Assembly: GCA_039818205.1 (NCBI GenBank)
Contig: JBCBUK010000009.1
Span: 64,001 to 128,000, forward strand
Direction of reading: 5' to 3'
Source: Verrucomicrobiota bacterium
GTDB lineage: Bacteria; Verrucomicrobiota; Verrucomicrobiia; Opitutales; Cerasicoccaceae
DNA length: 64,000 nucleotides
Part shown: positions 1 through 9,392 of the stretch, piece by piece
Layout: each line of letters starts with the position of its first letter
How positions within the stretch are numbered: the first letter of the stretch is position 1
Notes under the pieces: generated by a model
The model's database searches: none
What the model was told of the DNA's origin: nothing
What the model saw: the letters and a program-made list of their open reading frames with translations, nothing else
Made by a program: the position numbers and the translations under genes

Positions 1-329
1 AAATTCCAGCTGCCGTCATCGCTGAAGAGGTCGCCTTCTTCCCGCTCAAAGAAATTCGCGGTTTCCTGCATCGACTGGGTCCGATTCTTCTTCCGGTAGT
101 AATCGATCACCTTGTTCTTGAGAATGCCGGTCAGCCACGTCTTCACGCTCGCCTTGCCGGTGAATCGATCTTTGCCTTTGATCGCCGCAAGGAAGGTTTC
201 TTGGACGAGGTCTTCTGCCAACGCCGTGTTGTTCACCCGGAAGTAGGCAAACTTGTAGAGCGAATCGCCATATTCGTCGACCCACGTCGAAGGGTCGAGA
301 TTGGACTGTTTGGACATCTCTTCGGACAT
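1..329 (-). CDS. ECF-type RNA polymerase sigma-70 factor (5' part; runs off window start)
   Basis: Manual translation from ATG at 329: MSEEMSKQSNLDPSTWVDEYGDSLYKFAYFRVNNTALAEDLVQETFLAAIKGKDRFTGKASVKTWLTGILKNKVIDYYRKK; AEDLVQETF and TWL..I..NK.ID are sigma region 2 motifs. Not in the ORF track. Confidence 0.9.
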   Translation of the reverse strand, partial: MSEEMSKQSNLDPSTWVDEYGDSLYKFAYFRVNNTALAEDLVQETFLAAIKGKDRFTGKASVKTWLTGILKNKVIDYYRKKNRTQSMQETANFFEREEGDLFSDDGSWN

Positions 330-437
330 TGAGCAGCTAGGTAGTCGTTGTAGGCGAATAATTTCATTCACAATTTATCGGCGGGTCAAGCGAGATAAGC
401 TGTTGTCAACGCGGGTTTAACAAATAGCGTATTATTC

Positions 438-3125
438 ATGCCTCGTAAGAAGTCTGTCGCGAAGAGCGTTGCTAACCCGGAGCGTATGCGCCTCGAACAG
501 GATCGAATGCGTGAAAAAAACTGGAAACGATGGGGTCCATACCTGTCTGAGCGCCAGTGGGGAACCGTTCGTGAAGACTACTCAGAGTCGGGCGATGCCT
601 GGACCTATTTCCCGCATGACCATGCCCGCAGCCGCACCTATCGATGGGGTGAAGATGGTTTGCTGGGGTTCACCGATCGTGAGTGTCGGCTTTGCTTTGG
701 CCTTGCGCTGTGGAATGAGGCTGATCCGTTCCTCAAGGAGCGCCTTTATGGGCTGTCTGGTCCAGAGGGAAATCATGGCGAGGACGTTAAGGAGCTTTAT
801 TATTACCTGGAATCGACGCCGACGCACAGCTATGTCAAATCGCTCTATAAATATCCTTATGGGGAGTTTCCTTATGAATGGCTGAAGGAGCAGAATGCCC
901 AACGGGGCCTCGAAGAGCCGGAATACGAGATTTTGGACTCGGGAGTGTTTGATGATAATCGCTACTTTGACGTATTTGCAGAATACGCAAAGGAAGGTCC
1001 CAATGACCTTTTGATCCGCATCACGGTTGCGAATCGCGGCGAAGAGGGGCGCAGTCTTCATGTGCTGCCAACGCTCTGGTATCGAAATACCTGGGCGTGG
1101 GGATGCGAGCACGAGGGCTGCACCTTGAAACCCACCATGAAGAAAATGGAGGAAGGGCATGTTGTGACGGAGCATGAGACCCTCGGGAAATTTCATTTCT
1201 GGGCTGAGAATGCGCCGGATTTCCTCTTCACCGAGAACGAGTCTAACACGGAGTTGTTGTATGATTCTCCAAGTTATACTCAATATACCAAGGATGCTTT
1301 TCACCGGTATGTGGTGAATGGCGAAATTGGGGCAATTGAGCCTGGCCATGGAACCAAGGCCGCGCCGCATTACCGCGTTTATTTGGCGGCTGGTGAGACC
1401 AAGACGATTCAATTGCGCTTGAGCCATGAGGACGAAGCACCAAAAGAGCCGTTCGGGAAGGGCTTTGACCAGGTTTTCGAAAAGCGTATCGCGGAGGCCG
1501 ATTCCTTCTATAACGATATCACCAGCCACACCCTTTGCCCATCCCAGTTGAAGGTGCTCCGGCAATGCTATGCCGGACTATTGCAGACGAAGCAGTTTTA
1601 CCACTATTCGGTGCGGGATTGGTTACGGGGAGATCCCGGAGAGCCGGCTCCGCCGGAACAGCGTAAATCTGGACGCAACAGCGATTGGGGGCACCTGTTT
1701 AACCGGGACGTCATCTCGATGCCAGACAAGTGGGAATATCCCTGGTTTGCAGCCTGGGATTTGGCCTTCCACATGATCCCGTTTGACAAGATTGACCCCG
1801 ATTTTGCCAAACAACAGATGGTCCTGTTTTTGCGGGAATGGTACATGCACCCTAACGGCCAGATCCCAGCCTACGAATGGAATTTTTCCGATGTGAATCC
1901 GCCGGTACATGCCTGGGCATGCTGGCGACTTTACAAAATGACCGGGCATCGGGGTGAGCGAGATCGTGACTTCCTGGCGCAATGCTTTCACAAACTGCTG
2001 ATCAACTTCACGTGGTGGGTTAACCGGAAGGATCCGGAGGGACGAAACTTATTTGCCGGCGGATTCCTTGGATTGGATAATATTGGCGCGTTCGACCGGT
2101 CAAAGCCGTTGCCGGGTGGTGCTCAACTGGTGCAGGCCGATGGTACCGCCTGGATGGCTTTCTATTGCGCGACGATGCTCTCGATTGCCTTGGAGTTAGC
2201 GGCTGAGGATCCATCTTACGAAGGCGTCGCTTCGAAGTTCTTCGAGCATTTTGTATCGATTGGAGAAGCGATCAACACGCTGGGCGGTGGTGGCCTCTGG
2301 AACGAAGAAGACGGCTTCTATTATGACATGCTCCATACGGGAGATGGCCAGGGCATTCCCATGGCGATTCGCTCGATGGTTGGATTGCTGCCGATTTGTG
2401 CGGTTGAGATCCTCAAGGGAGAAACAATTGATCGACTTCCCGGTTTCAAGAAACGCATGCAGTGGTTTCTCGACCACAATGACATCTTCCTCGAAAAAAC
2501 TTCATGCTTGGAGTTCGGAGGAGGTGAGGGGAAGGAGGCGCGCGCGCTACTCGGGATTACTTCCCGTGACCGTCTGGAGCGCGTGCTCCGCTACCTGTTT
2601 GACGAGAACGAATTTCTGTCCCCCTACGGTATTCGGTCCTTGTCGAAGGCGCACGAAAACGAACCGTTCGTTTTGGATTTCGGTGGCGAACAGCACAGCG
2701 TGAAGTATGAGCCGGGTGAGTCGCAGTCCTACCTGTTTGGCGGAAATTCAAACTGGCGCGGACCCATCTGGTTTCCGGTGAATTTTCTGATCATCGAAGT
2801 TCTGGAGAAGTATCACCATTTCTACGGTGATAGCCTCAAAGTCGAGCTCCCGACGGGCTCGGGTAACTGGGTGACACTGGACAAAGCCGCCGAGGATCTA
2901 AGCCGCCGACTCACAGCCTTGTTCCTTCCCGATGACAAGGGAGATCGACCAGTCAACGGGCAGCATCGGGATTGGTATCGCAATGAGCACTTCAAGGAAC
3001 ACGTGCTCTTTTACGAATACTTCCACGGCGACGATGGTCGCGGTTGTGGAGCCTCGCACCAAACCGGTTGGACCGGCCTCGTGGCGAAGCTTCTTGAGGA
3101 TCGCTGCCATCTGAATGAGGGCTGA
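438..3125 (+). CDS. MGH1-like / GH63-family glycoside hydrolase (glucosidase)
   Basis: 895 aa; WGPYLSERQWGTVREDYS, MPDKWEYPWFAAWDLAFH and GASHQTGWTGLVA motifs. Confidence 0.88.
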   Translation: MPRKKSVAKSVANPERMRLEQDRMREKNWKRWGPYLSERQWGTVREDYSESGDAWTYFPHDHARSRTYRWGEDGLLGFTDRECRLCFGLALWNEADPFLKERLYGLSGPEGNHGEDVKELYYYLESTPTHSYVKSLYKYPYGEFPYEWLKEQNAQRGLEEPEYEILDSGVFDDNRYFDVFAEYAKEGPNDLLIRITVANRGEEGRSLHVLPTLWYRNTWAWGCEHEGCTLKPTMKKMEEGHVVTEHETLGKFHFWAENAPDFLFTENESNTELLYDSPSYTQYTKDAFHRYVVNGEIGAIEPGHGTKAAPHYRVYLAAGETKTIQLRLSHEDEAPKEPFGKGFDQVFEKRIAEADSFYNDITSHTLCPSQLKVLRQCYAGLLQTKQFYHYSVRDWLRGDPGEPAPPEQRKSGRNSDWGHLFNRDVISMPDKWEYPWFAAWDLAFHMIPFDKIDPDFAKQQMVLFLREWYMHPNGQIPAYEWNFSDVNPPVHAWACWRLYKMTGHRGERDRDFLAQCFHKLLINFTWWVNRKDPEGRNLFAGGFLGLDNIGAFDRSKPLPGGAQLVQADGTAWMAFYCATMLSIALELAAEDPSYEGVASKFFEHFVSIGEAINTLGGGGLWNEEDGFYYDMLHTGDGQGIPMAIRSMVGLLPICAVEILKGETIDRLPGFKKRMQWFLDHNDIFLEKTSCLEFGGGEGKEARALLGITSRDRLERVLRYLFDENEFLSPYGIRSLSKAHENEPFVLDFGGEQHSVKYEPGESQSYLFGGNSNWRGPIWFPVNFLIIEVLEKYHHFYGDSLKVELPTGSGNWVTLDKAAEDLSRRLTALFLPDDKGDRPVNGQHRDWYRNEHFKEHVLFYEYFHGDDGRGCGASHQTGWTGLVAKLLEDRCHLNEG

Positions 3126-3153
3126 TTTTTCATCAGCCCACCATCAGATACGT

Positions 3154-5574
3154 TTACCGAATCTCGTAGCCAGCTTCCTTCATGGAGCGTTGAACGGCGT
3201 CGAAGGCAGAGTTAATTTCCTTGTCCTTGAGCGTGCGCTCGGGGCTCCGGTAGCGAATCGAGAACGCGAGACTCTTCTTGTCGTTGGACAATCCGGTGCC
3301 GGTGTAGACGTCAAAGACTTCAACTGAATCGACACCGAATGCACCCGCGGTGGATTCCTCGGCAGCTTTGGCGAGTTCGCGACGAACAGTTTCGGCTGGA
3401 ATGGTGGCGTCGACCACAAGCGCGAGGTCCTTCTCACTGCCGGGAAAATCACTAAAGCTCGCAAAGCGTGTCGCCGTATCGTTGCTGGGCAAGCGGTCGG
3501 CACGGAAGAGTATCTCACCAGCAAGCCACAATCCGTCGACGCCAACTTCTTTGAGCATGGTCATGGACAGTAGGCCAGCGCGAGCCATTACGGCGTCGGT
3601 GAACCAGCAACCAGCGCCACCGCATTGATGCGGCTGAAACGCCGGGTGTTCGGTCGTGTCCCAATCGGGAACTTCGAACCCGCCGAGGCCGAGTAGATTC
3701 TCAATCATTGCCTTGGCCGTGTAGAAGTCACCTGAGGCACGCTCGCGCCATTGGCGGTCGGCGGCATCAGCACGAAATACGAACGCGATGGAAGCGAGTT
3801 CGAAAATCTCACCTTCACCCCAACGGAAGACCCGTCCGGTTTCGAAGAATCGCGTTGGAGCGTTGCCGCGCGCTTGATTCAACTGCGCCGCCCGAGTCAG
3901 GCCAGGGACCAAGGAGGCCCGGAGGTGACCCATCTCCGAGGTGAGCGGATTTGCAAGTTTTAGGTTAGCGTATTGGTCTCCATACTCGAAGTCAGCAAGC
4001 TGGTCACCATTGACTAGAGTATAGTGCGAGCACTCGGCGTAGCCTTTTGCGGCAAGCAGGTTGGCTGCTGCCCGGTTATACTTGGCGAGCGGAGCGTCAT
4101 CGCGGGCCAACCCGGTGGCGCGGACGTTACCACTGGGAATCTGGGCCGTGCCATACAAGCGAATGAATTCCTCCACCAAGTCGATCGGCCGATCCACCTC
4201 CGGGCGGAAGCTCGGGACGGTAACCGACCAATCATTACTTTGTTCGGCAGAGTTACTCTCGACGACAAAGCCGAGGCGCTTGTAGGTTGCGAAAATTTCT
4301 TCGTCGGTTACCTCGAAGCCGCACACCTGGCGGACGTAGTCACCGGAAATATTGATGGTGCGATCACCACGCGGCTTTTCCCCAACGACGATGGGCTGGC
4401 CAACAACTTCGCCACCGGCAACTTCAACAATCAGATCCAGAGCGCGACGAGCGGCGTAGTCAACGCCAGCCGGGTCAACGTCACGGGTGAAGCGGTGGGA
4501 GCTGTCGGAAAACAGGTTTAGGCGACGGGTTGCCCAGCGGACGGAGCCGGGTGAGAACCACGCGCTCTCGAGTACGATATCGGTTGTATTGTCGTCGACC
4601 TCGGCATCGATGCTGCCCATGACACCGGCTACGACCAGTGGGCGTTCGGTATCGGCAATGACCATCATTTTGCTGGTCAAGGAGCGTTCAGTTTCATCGA
4701 GAGTGGTGATCTTTTCGCCCTCGTTTGCCTGGCGCACGAGCAGCTTGCTTCCCTTGATCTTGGATGAGTCGAATGCATGAAGCGGCTGACCGGTTTCCAT
4801 GAGCACGTAGTTGGTCACATCAACAACGTTGTTGATCGGCCGCTGACCAATGGCAGTCAATGCCTCCTTGAGCCAGTCCGGGCTCTCCGCAATTTTAACG
4901 CCTTTCACGCTCCACGCGGTGTAGTACGGGCAGGCTTCCGTCGATACCTCGACGGCTTCAAGAAGCCCATCACCACCGCCGGCTTCAGCCTTGGTTGCGG
5001 GAACCTTTAGCTCCTTGTTAAAGTAGGCGGCCAGTTCGCGCGCGACACCGATGTGGCTCAGGCAGTCACCTCGGTTGGCAGTCAACTCGAGTTCGATGAT
5101 GGTGTCGGAATCCTTGAAAATGTCATTCATCGGCGTGCCGATTTCCGGACGGTCGTCCAGGATCATCAAGCCACTGTGGTCGTCGCCCAGGCCGAGCTCT
5201 TTCGCGGAGCACATCATGCCGTTGGACTCAACGCCGCGGAGCTTGCTCTTCTTGATTTTGAAATCACCCGGGAGCTTGGCCCCTACCAAGGCAACGGGAA
5301 CCCGGTCACCGACTGTGTAGTTGGTTGCGCCACAGACGATTTGCGTTGGTTCTTGCTCGGCAGAGTATTTGACCATGCAGACGCCCAGGCGATCTGCGTT
5401 CGGGTGTTGCTCGCGGCTTAAAACCTCGCCGACCACCAAGTTGTCGATCGGCGGCAAGCTGTTCGATTGAACGGCCTCTACTTCGAGTCCGATCATGGGA
5501 AGTGCTTCGCAAATTTCGTCGACTGAGACATCGAGATCGACGTAGTGCTTCAACCAATTGAGGGAGATTTTCAT
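3154..5574 (-). CDS. pheT: phenylalanine--tRNA ligase beta subunit
   Basis: MKISLNWL start, HPNADRL, RGVESNGMMCS, NRGDCLSHIGVARE, C-terminal KKSLAFSIRYRS anticodon-binding domain. Confidence 0.98.
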   Translation of the reverse strand: MKISLNWLKHYVDLDVSVDEICEALPMIGLEVEAVQSNSLPPIDNLVVGEVLSREQHPNADRLGVCMVKYSAEQEPTQIVCGATNYTVGDRVPVALVGAKLPGDFKIKKSKLRGVESNGMMCSAKELGLGDDHSGLMILDDRPEIGTPMNDIFKDSDTIIELELTANRGDCLSHIGVARELAAYFNKELKVPATKAEAGGGDGLLEAVEVSTEACPYYTAWSVKGVKIAESPDWLKEALTAIGQRPINNVVDVTNYVLMETGQPLHAFDSSKIKGSKLLVRQANEGEKITTLDETERSLTSKMMVIADTERPLVVAGVMGSIDAEVDDNTTDIVLESAWFSPGSVRWATRRLNLFSDSSHRFTRDVDPAGVDYAARRALDLIVEVAGGEVVGQPIVVGEKPRGDRTINISGDYVRQVCGFEVTDEEIFATYKRLGFVVESNSAEQSNDWSVTVPSFRPEVDRPIDLVEEFIRLYGTAQIPSGNVRATGLARDDAPLAKYNRAAANLLAAKGYAECSHYTLVNGDQLADFEYGDQYANLKLANPLTSEMGHLRASLVPGLTRAAQLNQARGNAPTRFFETGRVFRWGEGEIFELASIAFVFRADAADRQWRERASGDFYTAKAMIENLLGLGGFEVPDWDTTEHPAFQPHQCGGAGCWFTDAVMARAGLLSMTMLKEVGVDGLWLAGEILFRADRLPSNDTATRFASFSDFPGSEKDLALVVDATIPAETVRRELAKAAEESTAGAFGVDSVEVFDVYTGTGLSNDKKSLAFSIRYRSPERTLKDKEINSAFDAVQRSMKEAGYEIR

Positions 5575-5596
5575 AGCAAATTACTTTCTTAAAAAA

Positions 5597-6202
5597 TTAT
5601 GACTGAGCAGGCAGCTTAAAGAGGAGGGTGGTAGAGGCAGAAAAGCCTAGGAACTTACTGAGAACTGGATAGTGTTTTGTTTCGGTTTCAGTGAAGCCCA
5701 CTTTTGCATAGAGTTTCTTTGCGCGCGGATTGGTGTCGATGACGTCCAAGCGCACGTGGGAGAAGCTTTCATCAGCGGCAAAGGTTTTAATTCGATTGAG
5801 CAGCTTGCTGCCAATGCCCCGGCCGCGACAACCACTGTCAACCGAGATGCCATCTAACACCAGTTCGCCGGGGACTGGATCGCGGTCGTAGAGTGCGAGC
5901 ACAGCGACGGCCTTAATCGCTTTGAGGAATCCAAGTTCTTTTTTTATCGCTGGCCAATCCATACAACCAGTCAATGAACCGCTTGGCGTATGGAATCCAA
6001 CGATACCAACAAGGCGCTTCTCAAGGTAAGCCGTAAAGGAATAGTGGGGCTGCAAGCATCCCTTGATGACGGCCAACCGCTTTTCGAACGAACCGATGGC
6101 CAAGGCGATCTTCGGGCCAAAGGCTTCCTCGTACAGCGTTGCCGCGCTTGCCCGGTATTCTTCCGAGAAGCCCCGCTGAATCTGAATGTCGGCGTCGGCC
6201 AT
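5597..6202 (-). CDS. GNAT family N-acetyltransferase
   Basis: LDGISVDSGCRGRGIGSKLL acetyl-CoA motif and NPRAKKLYAKVGF. Confidence 0.9.
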   Translation of the reverse strand: MADADIQIQRGFSEEYRASAATLYEEAFGPKIALAIGSFEKRLAVIKGCLQPHYSFTAYLEKRLVGIVGFHTPSGSLTGCMDWPAIKKELGFLKAIKAVAVLALYDRDPVPGELVLDGISVDSGCRGRGIGSKLLNRIKTFAADESFSHVRLDVIDTNPRAKKLYAKVGFTETETKHYPVLSKFLGFSASTTLLFKLPAQS

Positions 6203-6209
6203 ATTTCTG

Positions 6210-6695
6210 CTATTGAGACATTACCAAGGCAGTGACTGGCTCTTGGGTTTCAATTTTAAATTTGATGATTTCGTTGCTTTCAGCCTTTGCGTGTATGCGA
6301 AAAGGTGCTGAAGTCGCTTGATATCTAACGTTGTATTCCATCATCTTAATCTGGCCTGGTTGCAGTCCAAGGAGGCTGTTCACCAGTTTTAATGCACGTT
6401 CTTCATCGAAGCCGCTTTCAAGCTGTTTTTCGAGTTCGAGAAAATAGTTTTCGACCTCATCGATCTTCAGATCGAATTCACATTCATCGAATTCAACTTC
6501 TTCGATCTCTACGTCAAATACAGATTCCTGTTCGCGGAAAATGAAAGGGACTAGAAGATTCAGCACACCAACCACCCAGCCCCAGGGCCAAATGCGGTTG
6601 CCCAGCAAAAAGAGGAACGATACGAAAAATAGGCCTGCGGAAACCATGATTCTGGTTTTCCAGCTCCAACCAACCATCTTTTCAAAGAAACCCAT
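6210..6695 (-). CDS. hypothetical membrane protein (N-terminal hydrophobic hairpin, acidic soluble domain)
   Basis: 161 aa ORF filling the gap between pheS and the GNAT gene, same strand; no family recognised. Confidence 0.65.
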   Translation of the reverse strand: MGFFEKMVGWSWKTRIMVSAGLFFVSFLFLLGNRIWPWGWVVGVLNLLVPFIFREQESVFDVEIEEVEFDECEFDLKIDEVENYFLELEKQLESGFDEERALKLVNSLLGLQPGQIKMMEYNVRYQATSAPFRIHAKAESNEIIKFKIETQEPVTALVMSQ

Positions 6696-6714
6696 GTTGC
6701 GTTCCTCGGATCTT

Positions 6715-7755
6715 TTACGCGAACTGGCGCAAGAATCGAAGGTCGTTATTGTAGAAGTGGCGGATGTCGTCGATGCCGTGAATGATCATCGCGATTCGTT
6801 CCACGCCCATGCCGAAGGCGAAGCCAGTCCACTCTTCGGAATCGATTCCAACGGATTTGAACACTTCGGGGTCAACCATGCCACAGCCGCCAAGCTCGAT
6901 CCATTGATTGGAAAGCTTACCGAGGTTGGGCGTCATCATATCGAGCTCAAATGACGGTTCGGTAAACGGGAAAAAACTTGGGCGAAGCCGAACGGTCGAA
7001 CCCTTCCCGAAAATTTCCGCAACAAAGTAGTCCAGCACGGCCTTCAAGTCCTTGATGGTGACGTTGCGGTCGACGTAAAGGCCTTCACACTGGTGGAAGT
7101 TTGCGCTGTGGGTCGCGTCTGTAGTGTCACGGCGAAATACGCGTCCGGGCGAGATGATGCGCAGCGGAGGCTTCTCCGCCAGCATTGTACGGATCTGAAC
7201 TGTGGAGGTATGTGACCGCAGGATGAAGCGCTCATCACCTTGCTTGGTCACGTTGCCCATCTGAGTACCTTCGGGCATGAAAAGAGTGTCTTGTTCGTCC
7301 CGAGCAGGATGGTCTTCGGGCGTGTTGAGCGCGTCGAAACAGAACCATTCAGACTCGACTTCCGGCCCTTCGGCGACGGTGAAGCCGATTTTGCGGAAGA
7401 CGTCATCCATCCGTCGGCGAGTCTGAGTGAGGGGATGTAGCAGGCCGGGCTCTGGGTCCGGGCTTGGGAGGGTCGGATCGATTGGCGGACCAATTCTCGC
7501 GGCGAGCTCAATCTCTTCAAGCTTCTCCAATGCTTGGGTATAAATCCCCTCAATCTGCACCTTGTATTCGTTGATGACCTTGCCCATGGTTGGGCGTTCT
7601 TCCTTGGGGATGTTCTTCATTCCCTTAAGGATGTCGGTCAATTTGCCTTTGGGGCCTGAAATGGTGGCCTTAAATGACTCGAAGTCCGGGCGTTTCTTGA
7701 TGCCGGGGATCGCGTTCTGGACCTCGGAGAGGATGGCTTGGAGTTCTTCCTTCAT
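6715..7755 (-). CDS. pheS: phenylalanine--tRNA ligase alpha subunit
   Basis: HPARDEQDT, LRSHTS, FPFTEPS, GFAFGMGVERIAM; start reassigned to ATG 7755 (MKEELQ) because the longer ORF overlaps rplT. Confidence 0.97.
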   Translation of the reverse strand: MKEELQAILSEVQNAIPGIKKRPDFESFKATISGPKGKLTDILKGMKNIPKEERPTMGKVINEYKVQIEGIYTQALEKLEEIELAARIGPPIDPTLPSPDPEPGLLHPLTQTRRRMDDVFRKIGFTVAEGPEVESEWFCFDALNTPEDHPARDEQDTLFMPEGTQMGNVTKQGDERFILRSHTSTVQIRTMLAEKPPLRIISPGRVFRRDTTDATHSANFHQCEGLYVDRNVTIKDLKAVLDYFVAEIFGKGSTVRLRPSFFPFTEPSFELDMMTPNLGKLSNQWIELGGCGMVDPEVFKSVGIDSEEWTGFAFGMGVERIAMIIHGIDDIRHFYNNDLRFLRQFA

Positions 7756-7767
7756 GAGTTTCGGACA

Positions 7768-7796
7768 ATAAAAAAGGCGGCCATGGTGGGCCGCCT
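7768..7796 (-). terminator. intrinsic terminator-like hairpin after rplT
   Basis: Minus strand AGGCGGCC-CACCAT-GGCCGCCT followed by TTTTTATT. Confidence 0.7.
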
Positions 7797-7811
7797 CAAG
7801 AGGTTCGTCAA
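7783..7811 (-). promoter_or_regulatory. candidate sigma70 promoter for pheS
   Basis: Minus strand TTGACG-N17-CACCAT, 27 nt upstream of the pheS ATG. Confidence 0.4.
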
Positions 7812-7825
7812 GCAGGACGTTGCAA

Positions 7826-8185
7826 TTAGCTGTCCAATGCGGCCTTGGCTTTTTCAACCAGGGCGTTAAATGCAGCTTCGTCGTGAATCGCCATTTCGCT
7901 GATCGCTTTGCGATCCAGGCCGATTTCAGCCTTCTTCAAGCCATTCATGAAACGGCTATAGGAGATGTCGTGTGGACGCACGGCGGCGTTGATACGAATG
8001 ATCCAGAGTTGACGGAACTCGGACTTCTTCTTGCGGCGGTCACGGTAAGCGAACTTACCGGAGCGCGATACGGCGTCTTTCGCATAGCGATAGAGGCGCG
8101 ACTTGTTTCCGAAATATCCCTTTGCCTGCTTGATCTTTTTCTTGCGGCGGGCGCGGGTAGCGGGTGCGTTGGTTGCTCTGGGCAT
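7826..8185 (-). CDS. rplT: 50S ribosomal protein L20
   Basis: MPRATN...AKGYFG...[22 protein letters not shown]. Confidence 0.98.
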   Translation of the reverse strand: MPRATNAPATRARRKKKIKQAKGYFGNKSRLYRYAKDAVSRSGKFAYRDRRKKKSEFRQLWIIRINAAVRPHDISYSRFMNGLKKAEIGLDRKAISEMAIHDEAAFNALVEKAKAALDS

Positions 8186-8278
8186 GTTGTGTGTTTTCTA
8201 TTTGGTTTCGTGGGCGGCAAGGTCGCCTTTTCACCTTGGGCGCGCCCGGATTATTGGTCTATTGGTGGATCGCCTGAT

Positions 8279-8473
8279 TTACGCGTGTGGTGTGCCGCGG
8301 AGGAACTGGTTTGCTTGGCCTTGGCCCAAACCGTGATCCTGACGCATGGCTCGCTTAGTCTTTTGCGACTTATTACGCAGCAGGTGGCGGTGGTTTGCCT
8401 TCCAGCGGCGAACCTTGCCCGTGCCCGTAATCTTGATACGCTTGGCGATTGCTTTGCGAGTTTTCTGTGACAT
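8279..8473 (-). CDS. rpmI: 50S ribosomal protein L35
   Basis: MSQKTRKAIAKRIKITGTGKV...HLLRNKS; start ATG 8473; directly upstream of rplT. Confidence 0.95.
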   Translation of the reverse strand: MSQKTRKAIAKRIKITGTGKVRRWKANHRHLLRNKSQKTKRAMRQDHGLGQGQANQFLRGTPHA

Positions 8474-8595
8474 AAGATTTGTGGAAAAGCCGAAGAAAAC
8501 ACCGGTTTTTAACCGGTATGGCAAGTGAAAAACGCGATAAACATGCGGATTTCCTAGAATTCCGGATTATCCGCGCCTGAACCGTTCTTCTTGGC

Positions 8596-9372
8596 CTAGC
8601 CCCCAAAGAAGCCGTCGATGAATTCGGAATAGGTTCCGAGGTTCGGATCGTTGTCGACCAATTGATTCGGGTCGCGAATTGGGCGGTATCCCGAGATGGA
8701 GAAAGGTTGATTCGGAATGGTTTCGTCAGCCAACGATTCATCATAGTGGAAGGGGCCAGGAACGCCGTTAAACGTCGCATTGTAGGCCAGGATTGCGCCG
8801 TAGAACGCACCTTTGTTACCACCACCATTGGACGTGTAGATCGCTTCTGGCGCGTAAAGAACCGCGGCGAGATCAACATTTCCGTTCATCGTGATGCGTT
8901 GGCGGTCAGCATCGGTCATGGTTTCGTCGTCAAACTCCTGAGTCGCATAGAGTTTGAGATTCTTGGGCCGACCCTCGTTGTTGATCGAGGCATTGCCGCT
9001 CATGGTGAAGTCGCCGGCGAAATAGATGACGACTTCGGCACTCGCGGTCAGAGTCGGGTTTCCCGAAATGGTGATGTCGCCATCGGCGACGATGGTCGTC
9101 GGTCCCACAAAAGTGATGTCTCCTAGGGCCAGATTTTCTTTGATGTGGTAATACTCGGGAGCAAGCTCGCTGCCGCCAATCGTCATTGTCGCGGCAGCCG
9201 CACTGGGCGTCACGCTGATGCTAGCTCCATTGCCCAGCCCCACGCCACTGTTACCCTTGCCGTTTTCATTTTTGCCGTGCGCGGTGAACGCGGCAACTGA
9301 GAGAACTCCGCCCAGACCGACTAATAGGGCGAGGGTGATTCTACCGTAAGGCTTGGATGTATTTGTTTTCAT
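8596..9372 (-). CDS. secreted G/N-rich beta-solenoid-like protein (DUF7305-like), pilin module B gene 4
   Basis: Sec-type signal peptide; VIYFAGDFTMSGNASINN, AVLYAPEA, GAILA, FHYDESL motifs; paralog of 11358..12314. Confidence 0.7.
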   Translation of the reverse strand: MKTNTSKPYGRITLALLVGLGGVLSVAAFTAHGKNENGKGNSGVGLGNGASISVTPSAAAATMTIGGSELAPEYYHIKENLALGDITFVGPTTIVADGDITISGNPTLTASAEVVIYFAGDFTMSGNASINNEGRPKNLKLYATQEFDDETMTDADRQRITMNGNVDLAAVLYAPEAIYTSNGGGNKGAFYGAILAYNATFNGVPGPFHYDESLADETIPNQPFSISGYRPIRDPNQLVDNDPNLGTYSEFIDGFFGG

Positions 9373-9392
9373 GGTTCAGGGATGTAAAAGAG

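Noticed and set aside
46..285. 79-aa ORF in the track
   Set aside because: Different frame from the ECF sigma factor that occupies 1..329
582..1565. Long antisense ORFs (e.g. 582..1565, 30790..31542, 53351..54220, 22808..23491)
   Set aside because: They lie opposite well-supported genes and have no recognisable motifs; expected shadow ORFs
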